From Candidatus Spongiisociaceae bacterium (GTDB lineage Bacteria > Actinomycetota > Acidimicrobiia > Spongiisociales > Spongiisociaceae), in assembly GCA_965219685.1 (NCBI GenBank), contig CBDCOH010000002.1, forward strand, positions 480,001 through 544,000: a stretch of DNA of 64,000 nucleotides. The letters are read 5' to 3'. Below the pieces are notes generated by a model that saw nothing but the letters and a program-made list of their open reading frames with translations, searched no databases and was not told the origin of the DNA. How positions within the stretch are numbered: position 1 is the stretch's first letter; every line of letters starts with the position of its first letter. Shown here in pieces: positions 49,229 through 58,389 of the stretch. Made by a program: the position numbers and the translations under genes.

Positions 49229-52200
49229 GGGAGGGGGCGGTCGTCGACGCCGGGATCATCCTCCACGGACGGCACGGGGGTGCGCCTCCCCGTCTCGGGC
49301 TCATGGACTCCGGCGAACTCCGGGTCGAAACCGTCTCGTGAGTCGGCGGCTCGCTGGAGGAAGAACGAGTCATCCATCTTCCAGGTGTGCTGGCCGCCGT
49401 GGCGGATCCGGGCGTAGCCCGAGCCGTGGGTCCAGTAGATCCTGCCACCCGCCTGCAAGACATCCTCGGCGAGGGCCAGGTCAACCTGCCGGGGTAGGCG
49501 CCGCCAGCCTCCCGCGTAGTCGAGGTCGTGACGGGAGATCATGAGGACGCCGCCCGACACGGACCGTTTCTCGACGTACCGCTCGCCCTGGCGGCCTTTG
49601 AGGCGGACGGTCCTGTCGCTGCCGGAGAGGTAGACGTACTCGGAGGCCTTGGCGACGAGTTCGGCGCGGGAGAACTCGTGCGCCAGGACAAGGTCCCAGA
49701 TGTGCTCGTCCCCGTAGGCGTCGTCATCGTCCATCTTGGCGAGCAGGGTGCCGCTGGACGCTTCCGCGGCTGCCTTGAGAACCCCTCCGAGCGGCTGGTC
49801 CGCGGAGACCCGCACGGTCACCACCGGACGGTCGAGTCCTTCCATTGCCGTCTCCAGGGATCGCCGGTCGAAACCCTCACCGTGAAGCCCGAGCACCAGT
49901 TCTAGTCGGGGATAGGTCTGGCGGCCGATCATCCGCACCGTGGCGGAGAGCCGGTCAGGGCGCCGGGTCGGTACCAGGATCGAGACCTGGGGAAGGCGGG
50001 CCCCGTCCACCCCACCCTCCGACAGGGTCTGGCGTGCCCGGCTGCGCAGGGAGTGGGTACGCAATGCCGCTCGCCGCATCGCGATGCTGACCCCCTCGCG
50101 CGTGTGGCTGTCGTCCAAGGGCGACACATCGCCCGCCATCAGAGCGTGCAGCTCTCCTCCCAGGAACCGTTCCAACTCCGGGTCCTGGTCGGCGATGTGC
50201 ACCAGCACCCCGGAGGCGGCGAGTTCAGCCAGGGTTCCGGCCCGCTGGGCGAGGCTCTCGTGGTACCCGGCGATGTCCTCGACATGATGGAAGTAGCGAA
50301 GGGTCTCCGGATCCCGGCTGCCGGCCGCTCGCTTGACCGAGACGCCCTCCGGGAGGTCGGCGACCGGGCCCAGCGACACCGCCTCGGGGACATGGTGAGG
50401 GCTCCAGCCGATGGGGTTCACCTGCTCCGGGTCGAACGCAGGCACCGAGAGGATGGATGGTCCGCCGGACAGTTCCACCACCCGGACCGATTGGGGTATG
50501 TCGCCTGTGATGTCATCCGTGAGGAGAAGCGACGAGTCGACCACCAGCAGGTCCACGTGGCGTCCACCGAGGAACGGGAAGCTCGGGTTGCCCATGTCGC
50601 CGATGATGGAGTTGCGGACGCGTGTGGAGGCTGCGAAAACGCTCCCGGCGCGCGGGCCGATGGCCACTATGTCTGCTCCGAATGGGTACGAGGCTCGGCT
50701 CCGGTGGGCGGGTGTGAGTTCGGGCGCCGGGGTCGGCTCGGGCGCCGGGAGCGGTTCGGGTCTGCTCACACGCCTGCGGGCGGCATCGAGGAACCAGCCC
50801 GCGAACTGCCTGGCGTCGGAAGGGCTCCGGACCGAGGACGCCTCTGAGAGAACCTTGCGAAGGATGCCCCGCAGCCTGCGGTAACGCTGCAGGATCCGGT
50901 AGCCCAGCCTGTCCTTGATCAGCCTCTCCACGCTGTTGAACCGGCGGTTCACCTTGTTGAAACGCCGGTCGATCCTGTTCTCCAGCCGGACGAAACGACC
51001 CTTGACCTGGTTGAACCGCCCGTTGACCTGGTTGAGGCGACCGTGCACCTGGTTGAAGCGGGACTCGTTGGCGCGATCCGACCTGGCCATGCGGGACTCG
51101 ACCCTGCCCTCGAGGTCTCCGAGTGCGGCGAGGACGACTTCCTCCAGCCTGTCGAACTCCTCGGGTACGTGGTTGCTCATGGCGAACTCGACCGTGTCCC
51201 CCACCGTGGAGATCTCGACGGCGGCGCGCAGTGCCCTGTGCAGGGCCCAGGAGCGGGCGATCGTCACGGGGGAGCCCTCGTCGAACAGAGCTGTCCCGCA
51301 TGCGGCCTCGCCGAGAGCGGTACGCAGCCGGCCGATCATCCAGGGGTCGTAGCTAGCCCCGCAGTCCATGGTGATGTGGAATGCCGCGACCGGGAACCGC
51401 TCGATCGCGCCTCCGGGCGGGCCGAAGAACACTCGCGGGTCCGGCTCGGTGAGACGCCTCAACCACTCGAAGGAGTCGTCGGTGCGACGTTGCTCGACCC
51501 ACACGACGAGGTCGCTGGTCTTGCCGGCCAGGAGTTCCTCCACATTGGCGAGGATTGCTTCGGCGGGCGCGTCGGCAGTCCGGAGGGTTACGACGAATTG
51601 TGGGACCGTAAAGCTCTTACCGCTGCCTTCCCGCCGGTAGACCCGATGGGGAACCAGCTGCGACATCTTTGCGAACTGGAGCCCGAGGCTGCGCCGCTCG
51701 TCGTCGGAGAGGGTTGCTCCCGCACCCTGATGCCAGCAGAGGGCATCGCGCTCGGGTACCAGCAATGATCCACGTGCATAAGCACGGTAGGCAAACTCCC
51801 TGTCCTCGGCGCCCCACTGGGTGAAGGTCTCGTCGAAGCCGCCCACGGTCTCGAAGAAGCTCCGAGAGATGCCGAAGTTCCCCCCGGTTATCACCCTGAA
51901 GATGTCGTCGTCGCCGGAGGTGAGCTCGCGGGTGCGGGCCAGGTGAACCTCGATCCATTCGGGACGGGTGACCTCGCGGCCTTCGAACAACTCGGAGAGG
52001 CTGCCGCGCCTCTCACGCACGTCCGACGCGCTGAATCCGTCAACGTCCACGTGGAAGCGGAAGCCCATTGTCACGGCATCGCTGGCGGCGTGGTGCCACC
52101 GGGTATGGGCGGCAAGCCAGTTCTCCTCGGGGATCATGTCGCAGTCGAGGAAGAGGACGATGTCGCCGTCGGCGGCGCGAGCTCCCGTGTTGCGTGCCCG

Positions 52201-52539
52201 CGCCAGGCCGAATCCCAGGTCCTCCTGGTATTCGACCCGCAGGTCCAGCGGCGTCTCGGGCTTGACCAGGGGAGGATCGGAGCCGTCGTCCACCACCACC
52301 ACCTCGAACAGGTCCCTCGGGTAGGTCTGGCGTTCCAATCCCGCGAGGGTCAACTCCAGAGCATCGGGTCTCTCGTAGTAGGGGATCACCACGGTGACGA
52401 AGTGGGCAGGCGAGAACGAGTCGAGGTCGGCGACATCCAGAGACTGCCAGTCGTTGCTGCGCACCCCGGCAGGGGACACCCGGTATGCTCGCCCGCCCGA
52501 GCCGGTCCCGTTCTCCATGCCGGTCCCTTCGTTCCTCAT
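49225..52539 (-). CDS. Large glycosyltransferase with two GT2-like domains and a coiled-coil insert (paralog B)
   Basis: Same architecture as paralog A (FLDCD; KMDDDD) plus RFNQV heptad repeats. Confidence 0.9.
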   Translation of the reverse strand: MRNEGTGMENGTGSGGRAYRVSPAGVRSNDWQSLDVADLDSFSPAHFVTVVIPYYERPDALELTLAGLERQTYPRDLFEVVVVDDGSDPPLVKPETPLDLRVEYQEDLGFGLARARNTGARAADGDIVLFLDCDMIPEENWLAAHTRWHHAASDAVTMGFRFHVDVDGFSASDVRERRGSLSELFEGREVTRPEWIEVHLARTRELTSGDDDIFRVITGGNFGISRSFFETVGGFDETFTQWGAEDREFAYRAYARGSLLVPERDALCWHQGAGATLSDDERRSLGLQFAKMSQLVPHRVYRREGSGKSFTVPQFVVTLRTADAPAEAILANVEELLAGKTSDLVVWVEQRRTDDSFEWLRRLTEPDPRVFFGPPGGAIERFPVAAFHITMDCGASYDPWMIGRLRTALGEAACGTALFDEGSPVTIARSWALHRALRAAVEISTVGDTVEFAMSNHVPEEFDRLEEVVLAALGDLEGRVESRMARSDRANESRFNQVHGRLNQVNGRFNQVKGRFVRLENRIDRRFNKVNRRFNSVERLIKDRLGYRILQRYRRLRGILRKVLSEASSVRSPSDARQFAGWFLDAARRRVSRPEPLPAPEPTPAPELTPAHRSRASYPFGADIVAIGPRAGSVFAASTRVRNSIIGDMGNPSFPFLGGRHVDLLVVDSSLLLTDDITGDIPQSVRVVELSGGPSILSVPAFDPEQVNPIGWSPHHVPEAVSLGPVADLPEGVSVKRAAGSRDPETLRYFHHVEDIAGYHESLAQRAGTLAELAASGVLVHIADQDPELERFLGGELHALMAGDVSPLDDSHTREGVSIAMRRAALRTHSLRSRARQTLSEGGVDGARLPQVSILVPTRRPDRLSATVRMIGRQTYPRLELVLGLHGEGFDRRSLETAMEGLDRPVVTVRVSADQPLGGVLKAAAEASSGTLLAKMDDDDAYGDEHIWDLVLAHEFSRAELVAKASEYVYLSGSDRTVRLKGRQGERYVEKRSVSGGVLMISRHDLDYAGGWRRLPRQVDLALAEDVLQAGGRIYWTHGSGYARIRHGGQHTWKMDDSFFLQRAADSRDGFDPEFAGVHEPETGRRTPVPSVEDDPGVDDRPLP

Positions 52540-52751
52540 CGACGCCGGATCCCCGAGCCGGCGGGCAGCCGGTAGCGGTCGTCCTCGAGCATCCGGGCGT
52601 CATCGCTGTTGCCCGGCGGGAGATCGAGGTCGGTCAGCCGGAGTGCGAGAACCGTCAAAGTGATCGCAAACACGATCATCAAAGCGGCCCGGCTACGAGC
52701 ATCCTGGGTAGCGGGGTCGGTGGCCCGCGAGGCGGTGTTGCGGCCCGTCAT
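52536..52751 (-). pseudogene. Short ORF resembling the first TM and loop of a GT-C transferase
   Basis: TM followed by LALRLTDLDLPPGNSDDA; only 71 aa; stop overlaps the GT2 ATG. Confidence 0.4.
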
Positions 52752-52867
52752 GCGTCCGTCACGATAATCGGTTACCGCCTGCCGGTTGCGGTTGCGCCCG
52801 CGGGTCGCGGTCCACGGGAGTCGACAGGTCCGCAGTTTACGGACAGATCGTTCCTACACTTCTCCGG

Positions 52868-54931
52868 GTGCTCCGAAGATCGCTGCTCGTAGTGCTGCTG
52901 GTGGGGCTGATTCCCGCGATAGTTGCCGATGCCCACCATACCCCCGGGTTCGTTTTCGAGGGCGCGGGATGGGGTCACGGCGTCGGAATGAGCCAGTGGG
53001 GCGCCTACGGGCAGGCGGTCGCCGACCCGGCCAAGCCGGGTGAGGACATCGCCGCCTATTACTACCCGGGCTCCGAACCGGCGACGATGGGCGATCTCTC
53101 CCTTCCCAACGGCCTGCTGTACACGCTGGACAACCCGCTGTGGGTGAATCTGGGTTCTCAGATCACCCTCTTGGAGTTCACCGCCGTAGGAGGCCCGCTG
53201 GACCTGTGCCTGGAGGGTGACGGCGAGGGCCCCTGCCCGAAGCCGGAGCATCCGGGGGCGGGTGAGCGGTGGGAGTTCCGCCGCGTCGCCCGGGGCGAGT
53301 GCGGCTTCTTCCGGGACGGTGAACTCCAGGGTACCTCCGGGAATTGTCGAGCTGCCATCTCGTGGCCTGATGCCGACGGGGTGCGGTTACGTCACGGCGA
53401 GGACAGAAGCAAGCTGTGCGCATCTCGTACCAGCGAGGATTGCGAGTACCGGCACGGGGAACTGAAGATACGGGACGACCCCGTGGAGTTGGGCTTCCAC
53501 GTGGTCCTGGCGGTCGGGCTAGAGGACTACCTCCGAGGCATTGCCGAGGTCCTGGATCACTGGGAGGCGCCAGGGGTGAACGAGGCCCAAGCGATTACCG
53601 CCCGCTCGTATGCCGCTTTCAAGTTCTTCCAGCGGGAAACCGAAACCCGTCCGGCGAATCCCGACGTCGATCCTGGAATCAGCGCCTCCCGCAAGGACAG
53701 GTGCTGGTGCCATCTCTACGACGACACCAGGGACATGAACTACATCGGTTGGGCGAAGGAGACCCGATCTGACGGACAGCCCTGGATCGATGGGGTGGAG
53801 GCGACCAGGGATCGGGTTCTCACCTACTTCGGCGACGGATGGGAGAGGTTCACGAAGGGGGGGATCGTGCAGGCCTTCTTCTCCGCTTCGTCCGGTGGGA
53901 TCACCCAGAGCAACGTGTACGGCTTCTTCACGGAGTGGAACGGCAAAGCGCCCGCGGCACACGAGTGGCCTTACCTGACGCCTGTCGAGGACCCGTGGGA
54001 CGTCGACCCGGTGGTGGGCAACCCGCACCGCTCCTGGGAACGACGGGTGAGTGCCTCCGACATCGCACGCTGGTTGGGCTGGGAGGAGGTCACCGAGGCG
54101 AGCCTGGTGGCGGGGTCGACCGTCGCCGGACCTGCCCACGTGCGGTTCAGCGGTGTCCTCGACTCCGAACCCCGGTCGGTGACTGTCGCCGGCGCACGAT
54201 TGCGGACGGCGCTGGGTCTGAGATCCTCCAACATCACGGCGATCGACGGGGCCCTCCCGGCTCCCGCCGATACCGTCGATCACGAGCAGGCTCCCCCCGT
54301 CCCCGATGATGAGGATCCCACGCTGGACGTCGGCAATGACGGTGAGAACCTCGGAATAGCCTTCGACATACTCCCGAACTTCCCGGATGCCGTGGGCTCG
54401 GTACATGCCGACGCCATCCAGGCCATCCGCCAGCACAGCATCACCGAGGGCTGCGGGGACGGTTTCTACTTCTGCCCCGAGGATGTGGTGACGAGAGCCG
54501 CGACGGCGACCTTCCTGCGGAGGGCCCTGGAACTCGAGGAGGTGGAGGGCAGCCGGTTCTCGGACGTCCCCCCCGGGCATACCCATCGCGGATCCATCTA
54601 TGCCATTGCGGAGTTGGGAATCACTTCCGGCTGCGGTGATGGAAGCCGTTACTGCCCCGACGATCCCACCTCGAGGGGGGCGATGGCCGTCTTCCTGGCC
54701 CGTGCCCTGGAGCTCGAGGCGGATGACGTTGAGACCGGGAGGTTCGCCGATGTTCCCGAGACGCATCCGTTCAGGTCTGAAATACACGCGATTGCGGAGC
54801 GGGGGATCACGGTCGGATGCAGGGAAGGGTTCTTCTGCCCGGAGGCCCCCGTCACGAGGGGGGCGATGGCAACGTTCCTCGCCCGCGCCTTCATCTGGAA
54901 TGGGACTTCAACCCCGGGTTCGAACCAGTAG
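52868..54931 (+). CDS. SpoIID/LytB-domain protein with C-terminal SLH repeats
   Basis: GAGWGHGVGMSQWGA, LEDYLRGIAE, AQAITARSY, LGLRSS; three F.DV...H...I.AIA..GIT.GC...FCP...VTR..MA.FL.RAL repeats. Confidence 0.9.
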   Translation: MLRRSLLVVLLVGLIPAIVADAHHTPGFVFEGAGWGHGVGMSQWGAYGQAVADPAKPGEDIAAYYYPGSEPATMGDLSLPNGLLYTLDNPLWVNLGSQITLLEFTAVGGPLDLCLEGDGEGPCPKPEHPGAGERWEFRRVARGECGFFRDGELQGTSGNCRAAISWPDADGVRLRHGEDRSKLCASRTSEDCEYRHGELKIRDDPVELGFHVVLAVGLEDYLRGIAEVLDHWEAPGVNEAQAITARSYAAFKFFQRETETRPANPDVDPGISASRKDRCWCHLYDDTRDMNYIGWAKETRSDGQPWIDGVEATRDRVLTYFGDGWERFTKGGIVQAFFSASSGGITQSNVYGFFTEWNGKAPAAHEWPYLTPVEDPWDVDPVVGNPHRSWERRVSASDIARWLGWEEVTEASLVAGSTVAGPAHVRFSGVLDSEPRSVTVAGARLRTALGLRSSNITAIDGALPAPADTVDHEQAPPVPDDEDPTLDVGNDGENLGIAFDILPNFPDAVGSVHADAIQAIRQHSITEGCGDGFYFCPEDVVTRAATATFLRRALELEEVEGSRFSDVPPGHTHRGSIYAIAELGITSGCGDGSRYCPDDPTSRGAMAVFLARALELEADDVETGRFADVPETHPFRSEIHAIAERGITVGCREGFFCPEAPVTRGAMATFLARAFIWNGTSTPGSNQ

Positions 54932-55873
54932 GAACCCGGTCCCCCACGCCAGGTGCATGGTCGGCATCACCACCGGCAGCAGCGCCGCAGCCCGGTCACC
55001 ACGACGTATCGATTCGGTGATGGCGGCCACCGCGAGAAATGCCGCGTAGACGGCTGGAACCAGCCACCACAGGGGGACTCCGATCAAGCCCAGTAGCGCC
55101 GACAGCAACAAGCCGACAACCAGGAGGGGAGGAGCCGTCTGGCGGACCGCCAGCGAGCCCGGATTCCGCACCAGCATCACCCGTTTCCACCTGCCGTAGT
55201 CGAGGTACTGTCGCCACAGCGTGCCTAGCGACGAGCGGGGTCGGTAGGTGACCCGGAGCCGGGGGTCGAACCAGACGAGCTTCCCGGCGCGCCGGATGCG
55301 GTAGTTGAGCTCGTAGTCCTGGTTCCGCTTCAGACTCGGATCGAATCTCCCTATCTCCTCCAGTACCTCCCGGGGGAAGGCACCCAGGTACACGGTATCG
55401 GTCGGTCCCGCTGCCTTCGAATACCGGAATCGGGCGTTGCCCACCGCGAAGGGGGAGGTCATCGCAATAGCAACGGCGCGCTGAAGGAATGTGGCGCCCA
55501 CGGCCCTCTGGTGGCCGCCCACGGTGGCCGCGCCGGTTTGATCCAGCAGTTCGACGGCCAGACGCACGTAGTCGGGCGCCGGCTCGGCGTGTCCGTCGCA
55601 TCGCACCAGGATCTCTCCCCGGGAGGCTTCGATGGCGCGGTTCAGACCCGAAGCGACCCACGAATCGGGATTGTCGACCAACCGGAGCCGGGGTTCGGAG
55701 GCAGCCCGGCCGGCGAGGATGGCCGGGGTCTCGTCGGTGCTTCCACCGTCGGCGACCACGACCTCGAGAGGGCCGGGATAGTCCTGGCCGAGGACCGCGT
55801 CCAGAGTCGCCCCGATGTGGGCGGCTTCGTTCCGGACTGCCATTACCACAGACACGAGAGGGAGTTCGGGCAT
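54908..55873 (-). CDS. GT2 glycosyltransferase (ExoA-like)
   Basis: VSVVMAVRNE, ADGGSTD, RCDGH, DTVYLG, RNQDYELNYRI, QY..YG.WK. Confidence 0.9.
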   Translation of the reverse strand: MPELPLVSVVMAVRNEAAHIGATLDAVLGQDYPGPLEVVVADGGSTDETPAILAGRAASEPRLRLVDNPDSWVASGLNRAIEASRGEILVRCDGHAEPAPDYVRLAVELLDQTGAATVGGHQRAVGATFLQRAVAIAMTSPFAVGNARFRYSKAAGPTDTVYLGAFPREVLEEIGRFDPSLKRNQDYELNYRIRRAGKLVWFDPRLRVTYRPRSSLGTLWRQYLDYGRWKRVMLVRNPGSLAVRQTAPPLLVVGLLLSALLGLIGVPLWWLVPAVYAAFLAVAAITESIRRGDRAAALLPVVMPTMHLAWGTGFLLVRTRG

Positions 55874-55893
55874 GGGCTTCAGTTTATGGTTCG

Positions 55894-56019
55894 TAGTCTA
55901 TAGTCTGTAGTCTTTAGTTTGTAGTATGTTATGCTTTTTCTTTGATTGATAGTGGTATTCCATTTAAGAGACCGGCTACCGGCTACCGGCTACCGGCTAC
56001 CGGCTACCGGCTACCGACT
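55894..56019. repeat. Paired arrays (TAGTCTN)x5 and (ACCGGCT)x6 around an AT-rich spacer
   Basis: Seen directly in a divergent intergenic region. Confidence 0.95.
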
Positions 56020-56033
56020 AGTGTCTAGCGACC

Positions 56034-56726
56034 ATGCTCGGGCCCGAAGCGGTGTTCAATCCCGGATCGTTGCTGGCGATGTGGGCCGCGGGGATCGCCG
56101 GATCGGCGGCGGTGGTGGCCCGATGGAGGATCGTGGGACCGGGCTACATCTGGCTGTCCGTTGGTGTGGCGGGTCTCGTAGGGGGAGGCGCCTGGTTCTT
56201 CGAGCCCGGCCCGGTTGTGGCCGCGGCTTGGTTGGCGGGGTTCGGGGCCGGGCTCGCCGCGAGACGCAACACCACGGGAGTCGTCCTCCTGGCGCTCTCC
56301 GCCGTGCTGTACCTGGTCTCGGCCTCCTCGTCGGGTCTTCCGGCGCCGGCGTTGACCGGGAGCGTTGCACTGGGGGGAATAACGGGCGAGATGCTGCTCG
56401 GGCACTGGTACCTGGTGGACCCGCGCATACCCCGCCGCCCGCTCCGGAGACTGGCGGCAGCGGGTGCTTTGGGGGTGGTGATCGACGCGGCGGTCGTCCT
56501 CATGCGGGCTCTTCCACTGGCCGGCTCGACGACCGGGCTGGTCATCTCGATCGGGCTCGCCGCTATGAGCTTCCTGTTGATGGTGGCGGTCTGGTTTGCC
56601 CTGCGGTACCCCTCGTATCCCGGAGTGATGGCAGCCACCGGCCTCAGCTACCTTGCGGTGCTCACGTCGCTCGGGGCGGTCAGCGCCCTGAGGGTCCTGG
56701 TCGTGGGGGAGGTGACGCTTCGGTAG
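56034..56726 (+). CDS. Conserved-type hypothetical membrane protein
   Basis: Multi-TM; EMLLGHWYLV.P and VMAATGLSYLA motifs; translationally plausible, upstream of pepA. Confidence 0.75.
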   Translation: MLGPEAVFNPGSLLAMWAAGIAGSAAVVARWRIVGPGYIWLSVGVAGLVGGGAWFFEPGPVVAAAWLAGFGAGLAARRNTTGVVLLALSAVLYLVSASSSGLPAPALTGSVALGGITGEMLLGHWYLVDPRIPRRPLRRLAAAGALGVVIDAAVVLMRALPLAGSTTGLVISIGLAAMSFLLMVAVWFALRYPSYPGVMAATGLSYLAVLTSLGAVSALRVLVVGEVTLR

Positions 56727-56781
56727 GATCAACCGGGGCGGTCCGCCGGCCGCCCCGGTCCCAGCCGTCGAACAGGGAGCA

Positions 56782-58233
56782 ATGCACGTGGATATCAAGT
56801 TCGTTCCGGGCTTGGCCGATGCCCGGGCCGAAGCCGGAGTGTTGGGGCTCTCGGCCCGTCCCGGACCCGTATGGTCGGGAGAGGTGGATGACTACGTGGA
56901 CTCCCTGGGAGCGGGATTCCACCAGGCCCTCGAAAGCGGCCGGTTCGAAGCCAAGGCCGGCCAGAGCGCAGTGTTCCACACGGGTTCGGACCGCCCCCAC
57001 ACCGTCGTGGCACTCGGTCTGGGGGATGACCCGGATGCCGACACGGTGAGGAGGGCGGCGGGAGTCCTGGGTCGCAGGTCATCAAGGGATTCGGTGGTCG
57101 CCACCACGCTCGTGGACGCCGGTCCGACCCGAGCGGTGATCGAGGGCTTCATCATGTCCCAGTACTCGTACGACCGGTACCTGAGCTCACCGGATCCGGC
57201 GGTCACCGAGTCGCTCGTGCTCGTAGGTGACGGAGACCGGACGGAGAGCCGGGCGGGCATCGCCGTGGCCGAAGCGGTGTGCTGGGCACGGGATCTGGTG
57301 AACGCCCCGCCCCAGGACAAGGCGCCCACCGCCATCGAGGGCCAGGTCGCGGAGTTGGCCGATGATCTCGATCTGAGGTTGGAGGTCTACGACGAGGCTG
57401 CGCTGGCCGAAGGTGGTTTCGGGGGAGTGCTCGGTGTGGCAGCCGGCTCGGATCGCCCGCCCCGCCTGCTGGAGTTGTGGTACGAGCCGGACGACGCCGC
57501 TGCCTTCGTCGCCTTCGTGGGCAAGGGCATCACCTTCGATTCCGGCGGCTTGAGCCTCAAGCCGGCCAAGGCGATGGAGACCATGAAGACCGACATGTCG
57601 GGGGCGGCGGCCGTGATCGGCGCCATCCAGGCGATCGCCCGGTTGGGTCTACCGGTGAGAGTGCTCGGCCTGACCCCGTTCACCGACAACATGCCCGGCC
57701 CGCTGGCCACCAAGCCGGGCGACGTACTGACCACCCGTAACGGCAAGACCATCGAGGTGCTCAACACCGATGCCGAGGGCAGGTTGGTGCTGGCCGACGC
57801 TCTGGCTCTGGGCGTCGAGTACGGACCCGATCTCATGGTCGACCTCGCCACCCTGACCGGTGCCTGCAAGGTGGCGCTGGGAGAGAAGATTGCGGGGTTG
57901 ATGGGCAACGACGAGAGACTGGTGCGCATGGTCGCACAGGCGGGGAAGGATGCCGGTGAACGCCTCTGGCACCTGCCGCTGCCCGGCGACTATCGCTCAC
58001 AGATAGATACGCCGATGGCCGACATGAAGAACATCGGCGGGAGGTGGGGAGGCGCCCTGACCGCGGCCCTGCTGCTGCAGGAGTTCGTCGGCGACGTTCC
58101 CTGGGTACATCTGGACATCGCCGGCCCGGCGCGCTGGCCGAAGAACGAGGCGTACCAGACACAGGGCGGATCCGGCTTCGGCGTGAGGACTCTGGTGTCG
58201 TTGGCCGCACACGTAGCCGAGAATGAGTGGTGA
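56782..58233 (+). CDS. pepA: Leucyl aminopeptidase (M17)
   Basis: VGKGITFDSGG.SLK, MK.DMSGAA, NTDAEGRLVLAD, ATLTGA, HLDIAG. Confidence 0.97.
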   Translation: MHVDIKFVPGLADARAEAGVLGLSARPGPVWSGEVDDYVDSLGAGFHQALESGRFEAKAGQSAVFHTGSDRPHTVVALGLGDDPDADTVRRAAGVLGRRSSRDSVVATTLVDAGPTRAVIEGFIMSQYSYDRYLSSPDPAVTESLVLVGDGDRTESRAGIAVAEAVCWARDLVNAPPQDKAPTAIEGQVAELADDLDLRLEVYDEAALAEGGFGGVLGVAAGSDRPPRLLELWYEPDDAAAFVAFVGKGITFDSGGLSLKPAKAMETMKTDMSGAAAVIGAIQAIARLGLPVRVLGLTPFTDNMPGPLATKPGDVLTTRNGKTIEVLNTDAEGRLVLADALALGVEYGPDLMVDLATLTGACKVALGEKIAGLMGNDERLVRMVAQAGKDAGERLWHLPLPGDYRSQIDTPMADMKNIGGRWGGALTAALLLQEFVGDVPWVHLDIAGPARWPKNEAYQTQGGSGFGVRTLVSLAAHVAENEW

Positions 58234-58351
58234 GTGGTGAGTGGTGAGTGGTGAGTGGTGAGTGGTGAGTGTTGTGAAGTGATATACAATAGCAGTTCTC
58301 AGCATGCGTGGTATGCCCTCCACAGGCCACCAGCCACCAGCCACCAGCCAC
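58224..58351. repeat. Paired arrays (TGAGTGG)x6-7 and (GCCACCA)x3.7
   Basis: Seen directly; the first array encodes the PepA end EW*. Confidence 0.95.
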
Positions 58352-58389
58352 GCTAATCTCATCTTCGGTACCCGGCCGGCTGCGACGGG

